Made by a program: the position numbers and the translations under genes. From contig CDMY01000569.1 of the NCBI GenBank assembly GCA_001179505.1, positions 1-49,573 on the forward strand: DNA of 49,573 nt. Direction: 5' to 3'. The notes under the pieces are model-generated. The model had not been told where the DNA came from. It was given only the letters and a program-made list of their open reading frames with translations, and searched no databases. Source of the stretch: Vitrella brassicaformis CCMP3155. Lineage: Eukaryota > Protista > Chromerida. Shown piece after piece: positions 12,968 through 22,995 of this stretch (its first letter is position 1; each line of letters begins with the position of its first letter).

Positions 12968-15900
12968 ATGACAGAGCCAGGTGGGAGAAGCTGCGCCGCG
13001 AGAGATGAGCTGGGCATTGGAGAGGCAACAGTTGGACAGCGGCCCCTGGAGAAGCGCGACATCTATCGTCAGCGCCTCTTCGGGGCAGGTTATGAGGAGC
13101 AGCAGGCGCGTGAGGAGGCCGTCGTTGCCGCCATTCGCATGCGGGTACGCGGCAATGAGGAAGGCGTTCTGCAGTCACTGTGGCCGTTGCCTTTTTGTTG
13201 TGTCTGCTGCAGTCACGAAAGCGCTCGACTCTTTTGGACGCCTTCCTGTTCGCTTTCTTTATTTCTGTGGCTCTCGCGTTCATCCTCTTCCATGTCAGCC
13301 GATTCAATCAACGTAAGATGCTTCAATCCATGCGTCCTTGTTGCAGGTCCAGATCTCGTCTTCCTTCCACGTGAATACTGCCGTCAAGAAGGCCTTGCAG
13401 GAGCACGTGTTCTTCGAGCAGTACGCCGGCGGTTCTCGCGTCTTTCGCTTTGGCGATGTGACGAATCTGGACCGCATCAAGCTGTGGCTCAAGGAGGCGC
13501 TATTCGATGCCATTACCCCAAGCATTTTCGACGTAAGCGAGATTGTGGGGCCAATACGGCTCAGCCATCGCCGGATGATGCTCATGAACAATGGAATCGA
13601 TCGCTTCTCGTCCTTCTACCCAGAGGTTGGTCCCGGTTTCGACATTGCCCGTGGTATGCTTGTGGCTCTTCAGGTGTGGCGCTTTGATTCGTTGGATGCT
13701 TCCAGCTCATCTGAGTTCGACGAGACACAGCCCTACTCAGCCAATGGCAGTCTGCCATTCATCTATCAGAAGACGGGAGGCTATCTCGATGCGGGGGGCT
13801 ACGTGCAGGTCATCCACACGACACCCCGCACCGGCGACACCCGCACGGCCCAGGTACTAAGCACTCGCCCTGAATTGTCAGCAGGCCAATTCTTCAGACC
13901 GTGTCTCTCTTGGGCAGGAGCAGATGGTTGACTTGTTTGACAATCGAGGGTTCCTGGACCGCCAGACTGCTCTGCTGACCGTCGACTTCATTGTTCACAA
14001 TCCCAATTACGATGTCTGGTGCTGGACGAGGTATCAATGTTGGAAAGGAAGGAGCGACGTGTGTGTTGAATCTCTCGTGGGTGCAGGACACTCTTCAAGG
14101 TGTATTCTGCTGGGTCTATAGAGTCAAGCATTCGGACCGATTCACTCCGCTTTGAGGAAGCGGGGCTCGCCACGTTTGTGCTGCAAACACTGTATGTCAC
14201 CCTGGCCGTCTGGTACCTCGGTAGAACTGCGAGGAGAGGGGCAAGAAGAGAGCAGCCAAGCCGACATCATTCTTGTGTGTGCACGCACTGTTGGAAGTAG
14301 TGGCGCTGTCTCGTCTTGGTGTTACGGTGTATTTTCGAGAGTACTGGAACTGTGTCAATCTTCTTGGGGCATCGCTGGCTCTGCTGACCTTCTGCATGTC
14401 CTTGGCGCCCCAGTTGATGGACAAATCCATCTTCACATTCAGCTATGGTCGCTACATCGACAGCCAAGGAATGCTCAAGGTCGGTGGGAAGAAGCACGCC
14501 AATGTCGATGTCCCCTGTACCGTCGTGGGCCTCTGTTTGCCTGCAGGAAGAAGCCCTCATTGAGGCATTTCAGGATCGAGTATTCTGGTATCGCAATTTT
14601 GTGCGATCCGCCTGCATTGCTGTACTTTTCAACTTCGTCCGGATGCTCAAATACTTGGCCGACGTGGCTCCGCGCGTGACTGTACTATCGAACACCCTCA
14701 GCAAGGCTGCCAGCCCGATCCTGCTCTTCCTCGTGATCGTGGCCATTCTCTTCGTCGGTATGTGCAGCAGGGCATTTTCGCCGAGTTCGCGAGCATTTGG
14801 TTTGGTTTGATCAGGTTTCGTGAACATGTCAAACACAATTTTTGGCAGCTTCGCTGAGCCCTTCAATTCGATCCCCAAAACCATCATCACCTGCGTGTCA
14901 ATGCTATTTGGACAGGTGACAGTATGCGCGAGCCACGACCCGACAAAATACAAACGCATCTGTGATTCATTGATGGGCGTCCTAATGGCAGGTTGATGCG
15001 TTTGACGAGATATCGAAGTACGAGTGGGGCATGAGTGTGTTCTTCTTTGTTCCCTACATGCTGCTCTTCTTCTTCGTCATCGTCAACATGTTCCTGGCAA
15101 TTCTCAACTCATCTTACGCACAAGTACACATGACGGAGACATGCGACATCGGTCGACGAATTACCATTGCTTCTCATGGCGTCCACCTGTACCTATCTCA
15201 AGCGTCAGACGAGCTCGTGCACACTCTCGAGGAGAGGCGGAAGGAGCAGAAAAAGGCTCAGGACGATCGGCGGAAATTTTGGGAGAGAATAAGTGCGTAT
15301 TTCCGACCATTGTACAAACGTGGGCTGAGACTGCCATGTGAGACACAGGTAAGATGCTCTTGTCTGCTTGTCAGGATGCATGAGGCTGATGCCGCGTCGC
15401 AAGTCTGCGCCAGCTGCTGAGGAAGAAGCGGAGGCAACAACCAAGAAGCCAGAGCTTATGAAACGAAAGCAATCCAGGCTGTGGAATGCTCAGACAAAGG
15501 CAAAAGGCAATGAATTCGTTTTCACCGACAGGGAAGACGACGGGGCGCAGGCAAAGGTACAGATAAGCGTGCGGACAAACCTTCTGATGAGAAGCCTCAC
15601 ACACATGACCCGCTTGTCATGTCTGTCTGTGTGTCAGATTCTGTACGTAGTCTTCTCTGCTGTGTATATCACTATGGTGGCGCTCCAGCTGGATGTCGCC
15701 AAGAGTTATGCTGTCAAGGAGTCTGTTGTGGCTGCACTGACCAAGCCATCGTACGAGGGACATGACGCAACCCTGAGCTTCGACACCATCCACGAAAGTC
15801 GACACGTGGCAGAATGGCTGGCGGTCAGAAGACCGAAACCGCACATGAACTGAAATGACACAGCTGAAATTTTGCCTTTTCCTCCTCAGTTTGTCGTGCC

Positions 15901-18900
15901 CCAGGGCCTCTACAACACCACATTTCCCAAACAATATGACGTCCTCTTCCCACAGCTTCCGCTCGATAAGAACAACACGCCGTACCGCCCCATCGTCCTC
16001 AACAACTGGAACGCCCTTATCGGCCCGCTGCCAATACGGCTGACACAGCGAGTCTTCAAAATGAAGCCACATCGACCCTACAGTGGTGGAGCCGAGACAG
16101 TCAAGCGGCCAACAGACGCCTTGGTCAGCGCCTCAAGAACGAAAGGCCGTCAGTCTTTGTGTGAGTCGTGTCTTCCGAAACGATCTGTGCAGATCCGCCC
16201 TGACTCCGGCTTTCCTGAGAACAAGCAGGCCCAGGCGCTGCTGGACCTTGGCTGCACATATAATAGTGTCGCGTTCGCCAATGCCGGTGGCTTTGAGTGT
16301 TTTGTCCCCTCGGACAACGTGACAGGTCGGGCTTTTCTGAGCAGTCTGGCCACCAATTTCACGAGAATAGACACAGCCAGCATTGTGGGCTGAGAAAAAA
16401 GATAAGACTACCTCCCAAGGACACTTCTTTGGCTAACGTGTGCATTGCGCCAGGTGATGGATTTCGTCGCGTACAACGGCAATGCTGGCACCTTTCTCTA
16501 TGTCGTTGTCGAGTTTCTCTTCCAGGCAAGTCGCCAGAGGTACATGCGCCGACATTTCTGAATGACGCCCTTCCTTTCCGCAGCCGAGTGGTCTGGTTGA
16601 TACAAGCATCTCCACCCAGAGCCTCCGACTGGAGCTATACAAGTTCTACACTGTCAATATCATCAGGATGCTCATCGAGGTCATCTTAGAGACATGATTA
16701 CGAGGCATCATCGTTGGCAGCATGCCGGCCTCTGTTGTCATTGTGACGCATGCATGCAGGTGACGTATCTCTGTTTCGTCCTTTATTATTTGATCCAAGA
16801 GGTCACGGAGATCCGTCGGGAGTTTCTCGACCGCGCCAAGCAGTAAGAGCTGACTGATGTCACAGAACATGTGGATGTTGTGCAACTCAGGCCAGAAGGC
16901 GAGCGTCCGACGGTCTTGCAGACCCTGTTCCTCCATTTCAGTGACGTGTACAACGTGATGGACACGGTGTCGCTTGTCTTCTCCTTCATCACAATTGTCT
17001 CGTGGTGCCAGGTAAACGAGACGCACGCACACCCACGCAATCCCACAGCAGCGAAGCATGTTGTCTGTCTGTCTGTCTGTCTGTCCTCAGTTTGCCTTCT
17101 CCGAGCTGTCGATGTCGTTTGTGCTTCCTTCGACAATGGACACGCGCACAGTGCTGACCGAGTTTGCCAATGCGGCAAGGGAGCTGCGTGACTTCATCCG
17201 CTTCTCGTCGATCAATGTGATCATCATCTTTTTCCGCATCCTCAAGTTCTTCAAGACGAACCGCCGTATGTCCATCCTGACAGTGACGCTCAGGCGGGCG
17301 ATGGCCGACATCGTCTGGTTTGTCGTCATGCTCATTTGCATCCTCGGCGGATTTGTGCTCATGGGCTATCTTGCATTCGGTGACAATCACGAGGTCGGTA
17401 AGCATAATGTGGAGGCAGACACAGTCAAGCGGCTGCCGATGATGCCTCTGTCTGTCTTCGTCTTCGCCAGGGTTTTCACTCCTACTTCGGCGCGATCCGT
17501 GTGTGCTTCGAAATGGTCATCGGATACTTTGACTTCCACGTGAGCAAAGTCAACAGCAGAATCTCACCGGTGGATGTATGATTTGTTTCGTTCAGGCCCT
17601 GAACGAGGCGGACCCTATCATCGCCCCCATATTCTTCTTCCCATACATGGTACATTTCGCAGTCGACGCCCATTCAAATTGATTCAAGTTGGCTCACGTG
17701 GTCTTGGTCTGCAGGTTCTCTTCTACTTCGTCTTTGTTAACATCTTTCTCGCAATCATCGACAAGTCCTTCGAGCAATGCGTGGTAAATAGACAGACAGA
17801 CAGACAGACAGGCAGACAGACGGGTACAAACTTGCAGATGGGAAAGGCACATTCTCATCTGTTTGGTAGACTGAGGCGGAAGAAGCTGAAAAGAGCGAGA
17901 CAAGGCCAAAGAAAAGCTTCAAGCAACGCCTTATGGACCTGATCGATGCACTCAATTGCGCAAAGGCATTCCGGAAAGTGAGTTTTAGACGGAGAGTGCC
18001 CGTGCCGTCGGAAGTACGCGCCTCGTTCATGTCTCTCTCAGATGATGAAGAAAAGCAAGGCTGGACAAGAGCTCCCCAAGACAGAAGAAGAGGAGGCAAA
18101 GCCCACTGATGCCTCACTCGGCCAACGGAGGAGCAGCCTGAAGTTCGAGGGCAACAGTCTTCCCAAGTCGCCCGGCAAGAAGGCGGATGAAGGCGCAACG
18201 CTTCTGCCCGACACAGTGGCTTGCGACAGCGAATTATACTGGCCACCCAGCGAAGGAGGAGAGGAAGGCGCACCACTTGGCAGCGGCAGACTAATAGGGC
18301 TTGCCGCCGAAGCGCGGCCATTGGCCGAGGAGGGTGAGGCTGGAGAAGAAGAAGAGAGCGAGGGTAGCGAAGCCGCCGGCGATGTGGAGGGCGGACAGAA
18401 AAAGCGGAAGCTGTTTGTGAGGATGGCAGACATCAGTGACCAACAGTGGGACTCGCTTCCTCAAGATCTCAAAAACTGGGCCCTTCAGGAGGCTTCAAAC
18501 TTCATCGATCGATTCAGAAAATTCGTAAGTGACGGCTGGCTGTCCCCTCTGCTGAATTACGCGAGACGTAGGGCTCGGTGTCTCTATCTGATGCAGGACG
18601 TGCAACGAAGGACGGCGGAGAGCAGGGAGAAGTACTTGCTCCATATGCAGGAAGAGCTGACCAGTGAGCTCAAACATTTAGAGAGCGAGATAGCGCACGC
18701 AGAGTCCAAACTACGCCAACAGACGAGTCTTTATGAAGTGAGACATGCACACAACACACTCGCATTCCATCGTCCGTCACTGCCGCGTCCCTTCCTGCGT
18801 CAGGAGAAGGCCCACAAGGAGCAGGAGTCGCTCTCGAGGTACATACTTTTCCTTGAGAAGGCCCTTGAGGAGGAGCGGCACAAACGAGACAGCCTCAAGG

Positions 18901-18974
18901 CCAGATACGATGATCTGACCAAAAAGGCAGGTGGACTCGGCAACGACGAAGATGAGGAAGACCGACTGGAATAG
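12968..18974 (+). CDS. Two-repeat polycystin-2 (PKD2/TRPP)-like cation channel, 2 x (S1 - TOP domain - S2-S6), with C-terminal coiled coil
   Basis: Repeat I: TLLDAFLFAFFISVALAFILFH...GFLDRQTALLTVDFIVHNPN...VYFREYWNCVNLL...FVRMLKYL...VLSNTLSKAASPILLF...SMLFGQ|VDAFDE...FFVIVNMFLAILNSSY. Repeat II: ILYVVFSAVYITMVAL...IRLTQR...RIDTASIV|MDFVAYNGN...FFRILKFFKTNRRMSILTVTLRRAMADIVWF...EMVIGYFDFH...FVFVNIFLAIIDKSF. The linker stays in frame via introns 15292-15374 and about 15559-15638. Stop is TAG 18972-18974. The start is uncertain because an assembly gap lies just upstream. Confidence 0.88.
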
Positions 18975-19031
18975 ATACACGGTAGGCTCTCACACCGCAC
19001 CTTGACTGCACCATCACACTGCACTGTCACA

Positions 19032-20531
19032 TCAGGGGAAGAATCCATCGATGATCGACAGCAAATGGCCGACTCCTTTATCTGTGGCGTCCTGGTCGAT
19101 AAGGAACGCGTTTGTCCACCGGTTTGCTCTCCTGGCTGGCTCGATGGGCAGGTTTGGGGGATAGAGATAGACAGCTGAGCCCGGTGACGTGCTGTGGCAT
19201 TTGGCGCCATTCACCATCTGGCGCTCAACGAGGGCGGCCATGGGGATGAGATAGAGATAACGATTTGCAGAGAGGAAGGGCAGAGAGCTGTGGGGTGCGA
19301 GGGGCGGGAGAGCCAGCGCAAGTGCATCGAAGTCTTTCTCATCATAGCGCTGAAATGAGTTGCTCCTCTTCTGGGGCTGATAGGCTTTATACTTCTTCAA
19401 TACGACCCGACATCCTCTCGACCCTTCGACCTGAACAACACGGATGCCACACGGGATGTGTCGGTTGACACGCGTGTTTCTCTCCTCTTTTGTCTTCATT
19501 TGCTGACCCAATACGCCAACTTGTGTTGAATGTGCAATTTCTTGCCAGCCTTCGTTGCCCATATTTCGTCAACGGTGGACCCCTCAATCCCCCAATCATC
19601 CACGCGCTCAATCCCACTCTTGTCCAGCAGAGGCCGCCATCGCTCGGTCGACAAGGCGCCCCTGTGCGCAGCCGAACTCCGCTGTCTCAAGATGGTCTCA
19701 AGGCTTGTCTTCATGAATGCATCGCTGTCGTATGCATCGAGGAGCCGAGCTGAGAGGGACCCTCTCCCGCCTTTCTTGGTGTTGCATCTGTAGGGCCACA
19801 CGTCCCACTTCTTCCCCTCCGTCACCTTGAGATGATGGGGGCCCCTCGCCAGAACAGAACCATCAAACAACCATATCTGCGGGACGTCCAAAGAGACGCA
19901 GATGACCTGACCCAGGCAAGGGAGTCAGTAGTGAATGGCCAATGAGAAGAAGCGCTCGATTTCGCATACTGGCATTGATGGGTAGCCCTGGACAGAGCGA
20001 AAGAAGTGGTAGGTCCTGGGTGAGAAGTCAGCGCCCTCCTCTTTCCTCACGGCTTTCGTGGACTTGACTTGCACTGAAAGTGGTTTCAATGTCACAGAGG
20101 TGTGGCATATATGAGAACAAAAGCCCCTGTCCCTTGTCTGTTTCTCTGTCTCTCACCTGGCATCCAATCATCGGCTTCTACCGCAACCGGCCGTACAGCG
20201 AGATCTGCCAGACACCCGCGCAAATAATGTCAGCCGTCTCCATAGATGTTTGGTCTCTGTGTGTCTCGATCTTACCGGCTTGAGCGCCCTCATGAGTGCG
20301 TCGTACCTCAATGCCTACCAACAAATCTAACACACATCGGACTCCTGCATTGCTCACTATCCGCTGAAAGTGAGCGGGCTGCTGGCAGAGCTTCCTAAGC
20401 CGCTGCCCTTCAATTGCTTTGCCGTCGGAGTGCAGCAGTCTAAGACTCGCCTGGCCCACCGGCCGGCTCAAGGCCAGCCTCAGGAAGTAAGGCAGTGCGG
20501 ACACCCCAGACCGCGTCGCCAGAAAGCTCAT
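19032..20531 (-). CDS. Protein with two PD-(D/E)XK-like (QxK variant) nuclease-fold domains and a mitochondrial-type presequence, about 401 aa
   Basis: Exons 20531-20276, 20204-20157, 20073-19970, 19906-19508 and 19430-19032 sum to 1206 nt with consistent phases. Motifs HEGAQA|DLAVRP...DDWMP|VQVKST and IEGSTVDEIW...LHIQHKLA, then RYDEKDFDAL...YLYLIPMAAL...AVYLYPP. N-terminus MSFLATRSGVSALPYFLRLALSRPVGQASLRLLHS. An upstream in-frame ATG at 20612 is possible. Confidence 0.65.
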
Positions 20532-20846
20532 CTCGCCTTCTTTCGTTTTCGTCCGGGGGGCCGTCGAATTCAATTGGCCGCTGTCCAGGGTGGCGAGGAT
20601 CGGTGAGCGCATTCATGTACGTTCGTCCTTGAGCTTTATCTATATACATGTTGCTCGCATACGGATTCAATATCCTCTCCCGCAGACCCAATCAATGCGT
20701 GACGAAAAAGATGACTGACTCAGAGTCAGACTCACCCAAGGCCCTCCCATTCACTTACTGTATATCACACAATTGCTACAACTGACTTTGACAAGCAAGT
20801 GCATCTGTCTGTACTGCCCTCCCCTCCCTCTTGTGGTGGAGCATGT

Positions 20847-22950
20847 TCAGGATGCAATCGAGAGCCCAGTGACGAAGGGGTCGAAGTGGACTTTCCGGTG
20901 GGACGACAGGCATGGCATGGAGCAGTAGGTGAAGCCCAGTTTCTCGTACTTAACCTGTACGACAAACAAGGGTGAAAGGCATGCAATCCATACCCCTCGG
21001 CACGAGGTTATGGATACTGCAGCAGCGTACTTGTGTGTCAGGATAGGCTCCCCTGCACCAGTGGCACAGGAATGTCTGCACAGACACTTCTGCTGCTGGT
21101 GGAGGCGTCCATGGGTAGGCCAAGAAGTCGACGGCATTGCAGAAAGTCATTCTGTCGATCATTTCATGGCACTCAGAGTATCGCTGCGGTACCTGCCGGC
21201 GCAACAGGGCCGGGGCAAAGCCGTACCCACACCCTCCATACCTGCATGGTAAGGACATCAGCAGAGGTGACTAAAAGGAATCTCCGGTAGGCGTGCAGCG
21301 ATGTGTGTGCTCACTTTTTCAGGTGCATCCGCATCATCACGCCAGTCGACACCATCAGCTACAGTGAAAACACGCCCAAGCGTCGAATGGTGCTCAGCAG
21401 GAGCACCACCGCCCCCGAGTACCACCCATCTGTACCTACCCTTCCAGCTGCATCTTCTCTGCTGTCTGCGTCGGTCACCAATCGCTCCATCACACGGAGG
21501 GCGTCATCGGGACTCCGCAGCTGCAGACAGGACAGCACACCCACAGGCGGGCCCATCCGTGGACATCCTCACTCACTGCACTCGTTTGCGTACCGGTGCT
21601 TTGCCAGGCCACCGCTGTTCCACGACACTATAGTCATAGCCACTGCACGTCAGGCCTGAAACAACCGACCAGCTCAACACGCGAGAGAATGTCGGCTGCC
21701 TGCCCACGCCTCCCGTCGTCTTGCTTCTTACCAACGCAGCACCCTTTTCTCAGCAGCAGCTTGGCCCCCGAGAGGTCGTCGCGGTGGCGACATGGATTGA
21801 CGACTGCTACCCGAGGCTGTGGGTTTCCCTCCCCCTCTCCGTCCTTCTTTTGAGCTTCCCAGACAGTTGTCCACATGTGCTCATAGTAAGGGTCCAGGGG
21901 AGGAGTCCCTTGTGGGTGACATTGGCAGCTTTCATGGTCGATGACCACCAGTATCGGCGCGCCGCCGACGCGTCCTGAAAATTGTGCACCGGAGAAGGAT
22001 GGGAGGGGCGAGTTGCGGTCTTCACGAGTGTAGAGCTCACTTGACGCTTTGGCTGCAACGGTGAGCTGCCATTCCTCCTGATTTCGCACAAAACACAGCT
22101 GCCATCATCTATTTGGTTGGATGCTGGATGCTCCTCTTTCGCATGTACCTCCTGAGTCAATCGTGAGGTCTTGTTCGGAAGCCTCACGTGCAGTGGGCCG
22201 ATGACTCCGGCGCACATGTCGACCCCCTCGGCCAGACGGACTCGCAGAGCCACATCCAACTGGAACCACACACAAACATGAAGGGATACGAATACATGTA
22301 TCAACGAAGGCTTTCTCACCTGTGCAATGGCAGTCTCCTCATCCGATTCACTGCCGGCCTTTGGGGGCGGGACGGCAATGACAATGGGCAGACCATCGCG
22401 ACGGGAGAGCTCTGCAATGGCCGGGGCGTCTTTGACCAATGCAGTCATGTCCCAATGAGACGTGTCGACCTGTTCAACGAGCGGGAGTGCCACAACCCAC
22501 GCACATGTTGTGTGACGTGAAGTGGCAGATCTCTTACGACGAGAGTCATTCCGTTCTCCTTTGCTTCTCTCAGTTCCGCTGCAGCATCCGCCTGCGTCAC
22601 GTAAAGATTCGACAAATAGCTCAGTGGACGCTCGTGCACGGCGCTGAGGTTGCCTGATGTGACAGATCAGCAGCATCATCCAGGTTTGGTGCGGGAATCA
22701 AATGACTCATGAGTCCCACCCATTTCCAGCGAGTCACCGACGGCTCCCGCTGCCTGAAACAGACACCGAAACTCATGATAGCACAGAGTGTGGGCCTCGA
22801 GTTGTGTGTGCATCCCACCGCGCATTCACTGTGGTTGAACAGCACACCCTCGAACGGCAACACGCATCGGGATGATGCCGATGAACAAGTTCCAAGAGCA
22901 GATGGACTTATGGGTCCACCGCAAGTCATAATGATGTCTTCGCTTGCCAT
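20847..22950 (-). CDS. Phosphotriesterase-related (PTER-like) amidohydrolase-fold pseudoenzyme with C-terminal treble-clef Zn finger (VATC-like)
   Basis: Spliced product is collinear with the PTE/PTER family as I recall it: IMTCGGPISPSALG (cf. V.TV.G.I....LG); NLSAVHERPLSYLSNL...AAELREAKENGMTLV|VD; AIAELSRRDGLPIV; AGVIGP; LLRKGCCV; RSPDDALRVMERLV; GR|LMVSTGVMMRMHLK|KYGGCGY...IDRMTFCNAVDFLAY. It ends CHWC...KYEKLGFTYCSMPCLSSHRK...* (TGA 20847-20849). Confidence 0.8.
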
Positions 22951-22995
22951 GACTGCCTGTGCTCTCTCCGTCAAGGATCGCAGGCTTAGGGCACT
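22951..22995. promoter_or_regulatory. Extremely short (45 bp) divergent spacer between predicted start codons
   Basis: Minus ATG at 22950 (MASEDIIMT) and plus ATG at 22996 (MFLKTATDF). Both starts are hand-predicted. Confidence 0.35.

Noticed and set aside
12306-13062. ORFs spanning the first N gap, and poly-G as a G-quadruplex
   Set aside because: The ORFs are artefacts of translating N. The homopolymer length at the gap edge is unreliable and probably caused the gap.
19032-20531. Nuclease-like gene as an active mobile element or homing endonuclease
   Set aside because: It has four spliceosomal introns and a targeting-like leader, with no flanking terminal repeats or host intron. It looks domesticated, so it is listed as a CDS.
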